DNA of 32,437 nt from Jimgerdemannia flammicorona (taxonomy: Eukaryota). Below the pieces are notes generated by a model. The model made no database searches and was not told the DNA's origin. It saw only the letters and a list, made by a program, of their open reading frames with translations. Shown piece after piece: positions 1 to 11,300 of this stretch. The stretch lies in assembly GCA_003990765.1 (NCBI GenBank), contig RBNJ01000347.1:1-32437 (forward strand), read 5' to 3'. Each line of letters starts with the position of its first letter. The stretch's first letter is position 1. Made by a program: the position numbers and the translations under genes.

Positions 1-1855
1 GGGGGGAGAGCAGGTCTCCGTGGGTCTCTAATTCTAATGTCGCCTGCCCAAAAAACAAAGAACAAACGAATCCCGCTACATGGTCACGCATTTGTATCAC
101 GTGATTATCCATCCCACCGAACTGAAAACCCTCACCACGACATCTCCCTCCCTCTCTCCTACCCCATCAACACTCACCCATCCGATGACTCACCTTATCC
201 CTCGTCAAGCTATTCCTCTTCCCGTACCCCTTATCCCTTTCCCTTCCGTAGTAGATTTCTGAGGTTTCGCTCCTCTCGATCCCGCGCCTGGACCCCTTGT
301 TGGATAGCTTCTTGCCGCTGGAGCGGCCGCTGGCGACAGATGCCGCATAGTCGGGCTCCTCGCGCTCCCAGGCCGGCGTCGCCGCCGTCGAAGACTCCGA
401 GTACGACGTGTCGTTGCTGTGCTTGCGCAGTGCGATTGTCGACGGCGGGCCAGGGTGTGACGTTGGAGATAAACTGAACGGCACAAGGGTGGTGGTTGAG
501 ATCGAGTGGAGCGAGGCGCTGGAGGTCGAGAGGTTCGTGTGGCCTGGGGGTAGCGGTGGTGGTGGAGGATGAGTGACGTGCAAATATGGAATCAAAAACC
601 CCTCCAATTCTGATCATATTGCGAGACAAAGCTTATACCAAAACCCATCGACAACATCAAATAATTCCCTTGTCCCCTTTCCTCCCTCTCGAAACAGAAT
701 ACCCCAACCGCCACGTAGATCCTCAAACACCATCCCTCACCGATACTCACTCTTCTTCCTCGAGAAGATACCAAACGCCCTCTTCTTTGGCTTCGGGGGC
801 ACGTTGGTCAGTGTTTCATTGGACACCTGCCTCGCAGCGCTCCCCCCGCGGAATGTCCCCGGGCTAAACTCCGCCGAGTTACTCCTCCTCAAGTTAGGAG
901 GCCTTGGCCCAGTGGGGCTTGACATATACACGGAGGCGCTATCACCACCCTTTTCGAGGTTCGTGCTGAGGGTTGAGGGCCTCAGTCCGCGGAGCTCGCG
1001 GATCTCGCGCATGAGCTTAGTCCGCTGCGGTGGGACCTGGTGTGCGATCCCGCCTCCCGGGGTGGTGGTGAGATGGTTCTGGCCTGAGAGCACGTTGTTC
1101 GAGGACGCCTGCGTAGCGGCGGCGGCGGCGGCAGCGGCGGCGGCGGCGGAGGACGGGTGCTGGTGCAACCCGAGAGGTCCCTGACGATGCAGCGAGTCCA
1201 CGGATCGGCGACGCTCCATGTCTGCTTCGGGTGGATAGAGTGAGTTGGCAGTCGGGGTGCGGATGTTGCCAGCGGAAAGCTTGCGGTAGGGCTGATATCC
1301 CGAGTCGAGGGCGGCGCCGTTGTGGTTTCGGCCCGAGGGCCCGGCGGAAAGGGGGGCGAGAGTGGTAGGCGATCCGGATGCGCCATAGGAATCGGATGTC
1401 GGGGATGGTTCTGGAGATGACGGGCGGGAATTGGAGTTGTTGCCCCAGCCGAACTTGGAGAAGAGAGATGAGGCGTCGGTTGTTGGATTCTGATGCGGGG
1501 GGGCGGCGCCGCTCGGGGGGTTGTTGGTAGCGTCCTTGGATCGCTTGCGGGGCTTGGAATTTGGGAACTGTGGAGAGGTACCAGGAGGGGGGTCGAGCGG
1601 GGAGGTAGAGGCCCCGTCAGAGGTGGCGATGGGTGGGTGGCCGTTCTCCTGGATGGCGGACATGGTAAGGCCTGGGCTGAGGATCTTGGACGTTTTGGCG
1701 CCGCTGGGGACAGGCGGGAGCGGGGGTGGCGTGGCCGAGGTCGGGGTGCGCGCCGAGCTATCGTAGATGGAGAGCGTCGAGGCCGCCGAGCCTTTGCGTT
1801 CCGAGTTACGGCTCTTGGACGAGGCGGTGGACGACGTAGACGGTCGGCGCTCCAT
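1..1855 (-). CDS. 5' part of a large protein with a Ser/Pro-rich low-complexity N-terminus (continues beyond the left edge); function not identified
   Basis: ATG at 1855 (MERRPSTSS...). Exon 1 is 1855-751, ending ...GIFSRKK at a GTGAGT donor. Exon 2 is 543-194, with a CCCCCAG acceptor, matching phase and a GTGAGT donor. Exon 3 starts at 43 after a TTTTTTGGGCAG acceptor and reads ATLELETHGDLLSP, open to the edge. All splice phases are consistent. Confidence 0.7.
1116..1148. repeat. (GCG)n trinucleotide repeat encoding a poly-Ala tract in exon 1 of the left gene
   Basis: gcggcggcggcggcggcagcggcggcggcggcg; reads SSAAAAAAAAAAATQ on the minus strand. Confidence 0.9.
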
Positions 1856-4559
1856 GCGTGGGTGCAGAGGGGTGGGTGGATGGATGGTGCGGGGCGGGAT
1901 TGCGTGGTGGCGACTTTTGGGGGGGGGGGGTTGAGGGTTGCCTTCTTGGGGGAGCTCTCGTTTGTCGGCAGAACGAGAACAAAGCAAAAAAAGGACTGAA
2001 TAAGCCGGTATCAAACTCTTATTGACAGTAATCCTTTAGAAAAGTGCTCAATGCCTATCGTTCTTCATCTCTCTTTTGTTTCCTCGCAATATTCAAATCA
2101 AGCAAAAAAAGTGCGAGTTTGGGGTGGTCGGGGTCGAGGGGGTTTGTTGTCGTGTGGGAAGAAAGGGCAGCATGATTCGTCGGGCGCGCAATTTTGGGTT
2201 GATATTGGACTGACAGTCCCAGACAGTTGCTTATGCGATTTGTTTTGTTTGCAGGGGATGTCTTCCAGGAGCTCTGGTCTCTGTCTCTCTCTCCTGATCG
2301 CCATCCCGTACATCCCGTAAACCGTCCTCCCGCTTGGCATGGTCCTTGGAAACAGACCAACAAATCATGATACCCATTAATCGAGAATGTTCGTTGTTGT
2401 GGGATCGGCTCTTCTGACCTTGCACTTTTCCGGGTTGCCCTTTGTGGCCACGTCGATCGGGACACGGGATTTACGCGTCCTTATCAGAATCTGTCGGTGC
2501 TGCCGGTTTACGATCTTGGCACCAGCCAAAACTCGGATGAGACCGCTGTCACGGAAATATGCGCATAATTGATGGATGTGCTTGGAGTCAGGGTTTTCAA
2601 TTTCTTCTAGACGTTCGATCTGTTGGGGTAATAACCTCGGCCATGCAGAGTGATTCTGAATAATATACATATATATACATAATTATATAAGTACCTTTCC
2701 CACCATCACCAAAAGGTACACCCACCCATTTGCCATCATGTGGTCATGTGGTCATGGCTACAAATTCACTCATGTGAGTGCCTATGTCACCGTTGTGTGA
2801 CCTTGCAATGGTCTAAAAATGTCGCACAGAGCAGAGAGGCGGGGTGTCATACGGCGGTGGCTCGTTGCGTTTCGGCTCTTGGCCGAGACACGGCTAGGGG
2901 CTGATTCTCGATATTTGTAATAGAAACCCGTAGAACGCATCCACACAAAAGGTAGCCGTCCGTATTAATAATCCAAAATCTAACGATTTATTGTTAGATT
3001 GCAATGTTGTTACCTTTGTCTCCCAGCCACCTACAACGCTTTTTTTTTTTTTATTTTTTTTTTTAGATATAGGTCTACAATATCCGCGCCATCAATAGGT
3101 GTAAATGCCACCGCAGCCTCCAAGAGCGATACCGCTCAAGGATTTCACTATTGATGGTCAATGTACACGTGATCTTTCCTTGTGGTTTTTTCTTTCTCCT
3201 CGTTCGTCAAGAAATATACCCCACTACAGTTTGCCGTAGTTCTTTGTATTCGTACGTTTAAATGCAATGCTGTCACGGAGAAGCCATCAACTTGTCACTC
3301 GATGATATCGACATTTTCTTCAATGCGAGCGTGCCCCACTTTCCTACTGCGGTGTTGCCTTTTTGCGAGGCTCGCGCTGAATAAGATGCTCGGCTAATTA
3401 CAGCGCCGTTTTATATTCGAGGTCTGATGGAAGACGGATTTGTAATATGGAAACGACGCTCGGGTAAAAATAAACCATCCATCACGCGATATGTAATATT
3501 AATAGATCGGCCAGTTTGCTTGCCATTGTGGAGTACCAATTTGAGCGTGACCATATTTGGTTGGAATCGTTTTTTTTTTTTTTTGATCAGGGGTTGATGC
3601 TATAACTTGCCATCACCATTGTTGTTACGCTTTCGATGCTCTAATCTTGGCATTTCGTCACGGTCTATGTTCCCATACGTCTAATATTAATGATGTTTAT
3701 CTTACCAACAATACGACAAAAACGCCAATACCATAATTACAACCCATCACCTTGGTTTCTCTTTCAATCCCTTACACTATTCACGCACCTGTCACTCCAA
3801 CCAAATAAATCTCAACGCTGTGCCCTCACACATTGATCCACCTATTCTAAATCCGCCAAGAACTCGGATGCATGTCGTGATGGTTTTCAAGTTCTAAGAA
3901 ATAAGCCAAGGATTAGATAGATGCACGATAACAATAGGGCAGTGCGAGCACATTACAACCTCGAAGCGTTGGTGAAACGGAACAGGATGCGATGACCGAC
4001 GTGCGAGAACCACCGTCGTCGTCCACACTTTTTGTGCCATTCTAGGCGTCACCTAAAGCAAGCAAGAACGTCGTCTTTGTTTCTCATCAGTTTTTACTGC
4101 ATCGTATTCATTCGTCAAGCCATTTTGTTAGTTTCAGACCTACATAGTCATCAAAGGCAAATCCCCCATTGTTCAACAAAGAGCGCTACGGGGTTCTTCA
4201 GTACCCATCAGTGGTGAGGTTTCGCGCACGTCTCCTCTTTGGTCGGTAAATCTAAGTTTCATCCTTACCCATGACCTGCGGGTGGGATGATACACTCCCA
4301 ATAACCTTTCTACCTCTAAATCCCCGATGCAATGGTGATCGATTGGCCAGATGTGCATGAAAACGAAAGATTGAACGCAAGTATGTAACCAATAGAAATA
4401 TTGTACGACAACACTGACAGCAAACAATGTTTGCCAGCTTGTACAGCGCCTAAAACTCGCTAGCGCAACCTGCTTCCTGTTGCCATCTAATCTATAATCT
4501 TACTTTACATCCGAGTTTAATTTTCGGTCGTCATCAATATTTATTAGCTTGTGATTTCG

Positions 4560-4924
4560 ATGAAATATGATTATAGCACCGGTTGCCCCTATGGTTGTGG
4601 CGCTCCGTGCGTGGTCCAGCAATGCTGACCAATGTGCTGCAACAACGTGGCGAACGGAAACATTTGCAAGGATTGCAGTACCGACTACTGCGCCAACAAC
4701 GACGCATGCTCCAAGAACAAGCTCAACTGCTTCAATGTCATCAAGAAGAATGGCAAACGGGGTGGCAGTTATCCCTACAGCTACGGTGTTTGGGCTCCGT
4801 AGGGCGGTTACGGCTACGGTGCTGGCTATGGCGCTGGTTACCCCTATGGCTATGATGCCTGTGAAACCTGGTAAACCCCAACACGGCTTGCAACAATCAG
4901 TGTTGTGACAACGTGGCATCATGA
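4560..4924 (+). pseudogene. Relic of a Cys/Gly/Tyr-rich repeat protein (paralog of 20797-21678)
   Basis: The frame from ATG 4560 reads MKYDYSTGCPYGCGAPCVVQQC*PMCCNNVANGNICKDCSTDYCANNDACSKNKLNCFNVIKKNGKRGGSYPYSYGVWAP*GGYGYGAGYGAGYPYGYDACETW*, with internal stops at 4626 and 4800. A shifted frame then reads NTACNNQCCDNVA (4880-4918). The motifs align with the minus-strand locus at 21 kb. Confidence 0.7.
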
Positions 4925-4935
4925 GGCATTTCCGG

Positions 4936-4974
4936 TTGAATTTTCTACTTTGAATTTTCTACTTTGAATTTTCA
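4936..4974. repeat. 14-bp tandem repeat (TTGAATTTTCTACT x ~2.7)
   Basis: Read directly. It sits at the junction between the Cys-rich relic and the CpG-poor block. Confidence 0.85.
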
Positions 4975-4989
4975 TACCACTTGTTGCCG

Positions 4990-6105
4990 TTCCCAATTTG
5001 GAAAATATGGTATTTATTCTTCTCGGGCTTGATGGGATGGCCAGCTCCTTTCTCCACTACCTTACTGGTCACAAGGTTTGGTAGGTGACCTTCCAAGTCC
5101 CCTTTCCCCTATTATTACCCCCTCTATCTCGGGTTGGTTTGCTGTGTCTGCAGGGGCATGGTGGGAGGAGGGCAATGGTGATAAGTTGCCCCTTTATCGG
5201 TGTCAGATCAGTGCTTCCTCCACTTTTTTGCAGATTCTGGTGTCTTTGGCTACATCTGGGGTGTACCCATTTTGGTGCAGTACCTTCTTTCTTTTGCTGT
5301 CACTAACAAGGTATTGTCTTGGTATGTCTTGGGCTACGTAGAGAGTCGGCCGACTTTGGGTGTCAAGTGCTCAGTATAGGTTACCTGCAGGTCCTCAATA
5401 CCTGTGGTGGGGCCCTCTGGCTTTGGTGAGCTTTTCGGTGAGCATAGTTCTGGCATAGGTGACTGTTTTTCAAGTGTTGTCAGAATGAGAGGGGAGATGG
5501 CTGTCACAGATAGGAGAAAGGGTGATAATGGTGAACCAGTAGAGTGCCAGGCTGGGGGCAGTCATCAGGACTGGGGCAGGTGCTGCTTCGGTGGGGCCTT
5601 TTGATTGATGTGGTATGGTTAGGTGATAGGTGTCACTATCAGCTTCTTTTGGTAGTCAGCAGGGTTGGGCCCCAGTCATCAGGAGGAGTCAGGAGACCTG
5701 AGGCTATCTATTTCAGGCATCTTGGCTGCACTCAACTGGAACCGGGAGCTGATATGGTAATGTGATCGAGGCCCGCAGGCTTAAGTAGTGGGGTATTGGG
5801 GGTTTCCTCCCACCTCACATGTAAGTTCTTTACTCACCTCAACTGGGAGAACCAGGTCCTACTCACCATATTGTGCTTTGATGAGGGTTTTTTCTTTGCC
5901 TGTCATTCTCTTTAGGGTGGCAGGGGCTATTCTATTTGGCTCAGGCATGTCCTTATACATATGTTGAGTTCTCAGGCATGCGCTTTCGGTCATTAGTATA
6001 TGGTTGGGTTTCCCCTGGTGGTAGGGAGAGCATGGTGCACAGAATGAGGTATGGGCCTAATCTGCCCTGCTGCACCTGGCATGGTCGAGCTGCTGGACAA
6101 TAGCT
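4990..6105 (-). mobile_element. Degenerate transposon relic (CpG-depleted), possibly a retroelement gag region
   Basis: Roughly half GC but CpG is scarce and TG/CA is abundant relative to the flanks. Minus-strand frames are broken mainly by TGA stops (CGA>TGA type). No diagnostic catalytic motif was found. Confidence 0.45.
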
Positions 6106-6208
6106 AGCCTAGGTTAATGGGGGGGCAGTGCTTGGTGGGTGGTGGGGGAGGGTTTTGGCCTATATAGTCTAGGTTCCCTTCCAATAAAAATCCGCGGGAC
6201 ATGAGTCC

Positions 6209-6243
<35 letters not shown>

Positions 6244-7311
6244 TTGACGGGATGGCCTGTGTTCTGCCCTGAATGTTGGGTTCGCCAACACCGACATTGA
6301 CCATTCTGTGTGTGTGTGTTTCTTATCTCGTATTCTCGGTTTTGGCACTCCGTTTTCCACAATGAAAATTCCTCAAATAGGCAAATTGCTGGCCGGCAAC
6401 GTCTACCACAATTCTAACAATATCAATGATGGACTCTTTCTTTTCAAACCCGAATTTGCCATCATTAAGAGAAGGTCCCTCCAGTCCTTTTGCAAACGAC
6501 TAGAACGGGCCCACGTGTCAGCTGCGTCCCGTTAATAAATACAATCGGCAACGGACTGGCGTATGCCCATAACGTAGCCCTCCACCACCACCAATAATTG
6601 CAGCTGCCTCACTATATGCTGAAGCTCAAATTTGGATTCAATTATTGTAAGACTTTTTCTTCATAAGACTTGATTATGTGGCTAAGGGCGTCGATATTGT
6701 ATAATAGACTGCTCCGTAGCAATAAAGAGAAGAGAAAAAAGGAAAAGAAACGAAGAAAATAACATTCGACTCAGTAGGATGCGCACTAAATTTCTGTCAA
6801 CAGGTAACCATTGTTATTGTCTGTCATCGAACGCAAGACAATGTACAATTGGGTTGTGATTGTAGTCATGAGGTGCATATTTTAAATTTTTTTTTGTAAT
6901 GCGAACCTATCATGTTTGTAGACTATGATGGTTGCATCGACGAACTGTATGGCCAGATCGCTGAACAAATAGAGATAGATGCAAGATCGACTGGCGGCAG
7001 ATGTTTGCTATAACTGAAATTATCGCGTTACTAGGTGGCCAATTTACAACCAAAACAAACTGAAGACGCAAATTGTATTCATTTAAAGAGCAACTATTAA
7101 TAAAGTGGACAATTTTAGAGTGGACATTAGAAATATGGGAAGCAACACCTGTTTTTCCATCAGACGTTTCTGGTACAATTTGATTTGGGGTCTGGAAATG
7201 GGCACTCTGCTGTGTCGCGTAGAACGAAGGGAACATAACGTTAACGACGAAGCGCATGGGGATACATATCGGCCGGTTCAATGTGATGTCGCGGATCCGT
7301 TGTGGCTATTG

Positions 7312-7740
7312 TACGCGCATTACCCTATCATGGCAGCAGGAAGAAGACAAAATCGCGCGGATTTGCTCAAGGGGGACGAACCTAGTCTCAGAAGGGACCG
7401 CCAAAACCGTGATCGTACCACCGGGACACATTATATTTTATTGACGATTTGCTTTGGTGAAAAGGGTAAATAATCGCCATCCATGCAGAAACCCTTTTGC
7501 GTTCCCCACTCAGTCTGCACTGGTAGAATTAGGTATGCCATGATGCCTTTACCGTCATCATATGTACAGCAGTCGTATTCGTTGCTGAACCAATTCTTTC
7601 CCAATCCCATTGCGCTTGAATGCTCGGCATTACAGCGAGCTTCAACATCGAATATCCCATGCTCTTCAAGCTCGAAAATGTCGACAAGGACCGTCACACG
7701 TTCGAGTTCATTGTCGAGGAGGGACGATGCCATCTGCCAC
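7312..7740 (+). pseudogene. UFD1: Degenerate fragment of ubiquitin fusion degradation protein 1
   Basis: After a TACAG acceptor (7631-7635) the frame reads SFNIEYPMLFKLENVDKDRHTFEFIVEEGRCHLP. This matches the UFD1 signature LNIxYPMLFKLxN...THCGVLEFxAxEGxxYLP with the HCGV residues deleted. Upstream YAHYPIMAAGRRQNRADLLKGD (7312-7377) resembles the UFD1 N-terminal YRCYPxxM...RxDxxxGxK. Confidence 0.65.
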
Positions 7741-9104
7741 AAGAGTTATGCGCAACGGAAATAATACCGGCAACCGCCGCTAATGTCGCATTTTTATGAC
7801 GCCTAAAGTTTGTGTGGTACGATAAATAAACCACTGAAACGGTAGAACCGGCGGACGTTTTCTTGGATGAAATTATGTGCTAACAATATTAACTCGACGT
7901 ACTATTGGTGAGATGTTTGAGATTTAGAATAGTACATTATATTCAAATGCTTGAAACAATATGGTGAAAAAAGAAAAGAAAAAAAAAGGTTCGTCTGACA
8001 AAATAGATAGAAGGCAAGATAATATTGTGTCAAACTTCTATATGTAGTACTGCGTGCGACTTCTAAAATAACTGTGCGACAGTCTTGTGAACTTATTTCC
8101 GGCGATGCCGAATGTGTTACCTCAGAAAGTCAACAGCGACCATCTTTCGTCCTACGCGCTCTTACCGTACATGACTTATGTGCGGTAAAAAAAAAAAAAG
8201 AGTGATTAGAAGCTCGAAAAGATGTAGACCAGCTATCGTTTAAACATAATGGACACGGTACAACTGCGTCATACACAGGCGCCACCGAACAAACATAATT
8301 ATTGTTAAATGTAATACAGCCTCTTCGTTCCTTACGCCATGTCCAAAAGGAAGTCGCAAGCCTGACTTCGAAATGTTGAACGATAATCAATCCAAAACTT
8401 TGACCCAACAGCACCGTAAATGAGAATAACGAAAACGCTTCGTTTTTTATAAGTCATACCAATGGATACTCGTCCAGAATATGACGAAGGTTCCGATATA
8501 GTGAACAACGAGCATGGGAGTTTTACGCGGAACTCGGTTCGATATCTGGTCAGGGCAATGGTATGTAAGGTTTGAAGGCGTGTAAACAGAAAACCAAATC
8601 GAAATGCTCAGCGGCGAAGAGAGGATGGGCTACTCTGTTGGACTTGACAACGAACCTCTCCACAACAAATATTACCGCACCTACGAAGTAGGTCATCGAG
8701 CCACGCATAACCTATAAATTGCGGTTCCCTAAAAACACTTAGCAGCGAGTTGATCGCTCCATGCTCGATAGTCAATAAGCCGACGTTGGTCATAAATGCC
8801 ACTAAATGTATTGACGTGAACAGTTGTGGTGCCGGTTGTAGTAAGGCGCTAATAACTCATGCTTGGGCAAGTCCTGTTATCCCAACTTGACGGCTGCATT
8901 GTCGTTACTTCAGCAGCTTGTTGCCTTTGTGCTCAGTGGAAGATCTTTGGCAAGGGAGTCACCGAGGTCTCGGTTTAGTAAGGAAGATTGCGAACGAGAA
9001 CGTTCATCTCTTTCTTGAGCGTCGGATGTGAAGAGATGGCTGAAACCCTGTCGTTTTCCTTCCGAGCCTGATTCTTGTTTTCCTCAAGGAGTTATTGAAT
9101 ATTG

Positions 9105-9440
9105 TGTAGCATACCCTTTCTGGGCCCATCGTTCGACAGATCCAACGAGGTGAGAGTATTATTATTTTCGAGGGCCATTTCGAAGGCTTTTGCGCACTTA
9201 TCTCCGATCTCATCGCTCGAGATATTCAATGATGTGAGGGTTTATTGGTTTTGTGGGTATTTGCGAAGGCTTCTGTGCCCTCAGATCGGCTTTTGCGCCC
9301 TCGGCCCCGATTTATTGTTTTCGCAGTGGGATGAGAATATTTTAAGACCCTTTACGAGGCTTAAACTCTGATTTTATTGTGAAGTGATAATTCAAGGATC
9401 ATTGCAAAGGCTCTTTTACCCTCTCGGCTCCGATATAAAA
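9105..9440 (-). pseudogene. Ribonuclease-inhibitor-like (NLRC3-type) 28-aa LRR relic, 3' piece
   Basis: Minus strand reads TLTSLNISSDEIGDKCAKAFEMALENNNTLTSLDLSN, with frameshifts in the neighbouring repeats. It is similar at the nucleotide level to 11300-11540. Confidence 0.7.
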
Positions 9441-9514
9441 GCAGTACGTCACCATTATTGCGTCATCAGTACTAATTGCAGTCACAAGATTAAATATTTA
9501 GTGCCCAAATCCGG

Positions 9515-9825
9515 CCAGCGCGACACGATAAACCAAGCGCGAGATAACCCAAGCGCGAGATAACAAGCCGCGAGACGACAAGCCATGCCCGAGACGACAA
9601 CCAAGCGCGAGACGACAAACCAAGCGCGAGATGACAAGCCAAGCGCGAGACGACAAGCCAAGCTCAAGATGACAAGCCAAGCACGAGACAATAAGCCAAG
9701 CGCAACGCAACAAGCCAAGCACGATACAACAAGCCAAGTACGACACGACAAGCCAAGCACGACACGACAAGCCAAGCACGACACGACAAGCCAAGCGCGA
9801 AAGCGCGACACACTCAGAAGCCAAG
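9515..9825. repeat. Minisatellite with a ~19-bp unit CAAGCCAAGC(A/G)CGA(C/G)ACGA, about 15 degenerate copies
   Basis: Read directly, e.g. caagccaagcacgacacga repeated back to back around 9750-9790. Confidence 0.9.
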
Positions 9826-10420
9826 TGTAAGACTTTTTAGATTCAGTATCATCGATCTCAATGTAACCTGTTTGGATATCTGACAACCTTCTATTTTGAG
9901 GAATTCGCGACACCCACGTGTTTGCACAGCCACGCACGGTCAAGTGTGACGCCCTGTTGGAGCAGTCACCCAACTGTGTCGAAAGGCAACCAAAACACCA
10001 AATTGATTTGTGTGGTAGCCAGTAATGGGCATGGCGTGTGTAGCACGTGGGTATAGGGTGATGATTTCCTCCAAATGAGCCTTTTGATGCTCAAAAACAC
10101 GGTTGGTCCGTTTGTATAACATGCCAAGCACACTCGAAAGCAAGTCACTCCGAAGGACTTTTAGATTCAGTATCGTCAATCTCAACATGACATGTTTGGA
10201 TATCTGACAACCTTTTTTGCATACACGCCGACTGGGCATCCACGTGTTTGCACAACCACAAGCGTGACGCCTTGCGGTGGTTTGGGCGGCGACCAAAACA
10301 CCCTTAAAATTGACCTATGTGGTAGCCAGTAATGGGCATGGCGTGTGTGTAAGTATTGTTGAAACCCAGTGATGATTTCCCCCCCGAATGAGCTTTCCGA
10401 TGCTTAAAAAAACGGGGTTG
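9810..10420. repeat. Diverged tandem duplication of a ~320-bp unit
   Basis: Shared blocks occur in the same order in 9831-10106 and 10156-10420: TTTTAGATTCAGTATC, GTTTGGATATCTGACAACCTT, CACGTGTTTGCACA, ACCAAAACACC, TGTGGTAGCCAGTAATGGGCATGGCGTGTGT and GTGATGATTTCC. Confidence 0.85.
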
Positions 10421-10759
10421 AAAACTGATGATTTGTTTGATTTTGACCCTCTGTTGCATTTCATGGGTATGGTCATGTGTAGCGCATTTGGATTTTATAG
10501 GAGATGATAAGTGATGATGATGCTCTCGCTAGTCATTACATACTCAATAGATAATAGTTGATAGCTTTTCTTGTATTTGCATTATAAATCCATCGCCTAC
10601 TCCGGTTGTCAATCACGTTACACTATACTCAAGACTTTCCGTTAAGAGTATTGCAGGGGTTGCCAAACATTCTCTTTATTGGGGTTGAGGTCGTGGGAGT
10701 CATAAATCCGTCGGCTTAGGTTTCTGGACCGAGACACAGGCCGACGACCACGGTGAGCA

Positions 10760-11300
10760 GCTATTTGAGCGGCAAATATGCGTTCTCGGGCTCGCCACCA
10801 TTGTCGGAGCCCGCAGCATACTCAGCAGTCTCGACATCGTTCTCCTAGGGGCGGTAGAAATTGAGCTTGAAGATGGCCTTCCCGAGCGCTGCAAGAAGTC
10901 TTCGTTCCACGATACGTGTGACCTGTATGTGGCGGTGCGGCGGAGTCCGGACATGCTTGTCGACGCGGGTGGGGAGGGAGACGTCGTAGAGGGGAGCGTC
11001 GGTTGTCAGGGGTGTGAATTTTCTCATGCATTACTCAATCACATTCTCCACGAACGCATGATTCATCTCAGTCAGCTCTTCTATAATGCCACCACATTGG
11101 ATGGAAAGGGTTGTGATACTCTTCCTTCCATCCATGTCCATGATGCCCTCACCTGTGAGATTGATACTGGGTTGCTGTATTACGAAATGACGGAGCTTTC
11201 GGGTGTAGGCGGCTCAGTGAGCGAGGAACCGATTCATGGCGTTAGCGTCTTGGACTAGTGCAAGTGTGGGGAGGTGCGGGCACGAGTCGATAAGATGGCG
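10760..11300 (-). pseudogene. Decayed coding fragment, F-box/LRR-like
   Basis: One frame reads RHLIDSCPHLPTLALVQDANAMNRFLAH*AAYTRKLRHFVIQQP...ITTLSIQCGGIIEELTEMNHAFVENVIE*CMRKF...IFKLNFYRP*ENDVE with isolated in-frame stops. The CPxLxxLxL motif is typical of F-box-associated LRRs. The family call is weak. Confidence 0.4.

Noticed and set aside
573..1999. Plus-strand ORFs of 168-203 aa
   Set aside because: They are antisense shadows of the GC-rich minus-strand exon 1.
2055..2670. Short minus-strand ORFs upstream of the left gene
   Set aside because: No recognisable domain or convincing splice link, so they cannot be supported as genes.
4560..4874. Selenocysteine or stop-codon readthrough at the in-frame TGA/TAG of the Cys-rich ORF
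   Set aside because: Comparison with the paralog shows the TGA lies in a locally frameshifted segment (the true frame reads SNADQC). Ordinary pseudogenisation explains the stops.
6212..6240. Poly-A run as a LINE/SINE tail
   Set aside because: Similar homopolymers are scattered through introns and intergenic DNA here. There is no target-site duplication, and the neighbouring relic appears oriented the other way.
9515..9825. CRISPR-like array
   Set aside because: The units are head-to-tail with no unique spacers, there are no cas genes, and the context is eukaryotic.
9482..9973. ORFs of 81-163 aa with repetitive Cys/Leu/Arg or Thr/Gln/Lys content
   Set aside because: They are translations of the 19-bp minisatellite. 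The unit is not a multiple of three and there is no coding evidence.
10066..10400. Box C/D snoRNAs suggested by GTGATGA in both repeat units
   Set aside because: No appropriately placed CTGA D box or terminal stem is shared by both copies.
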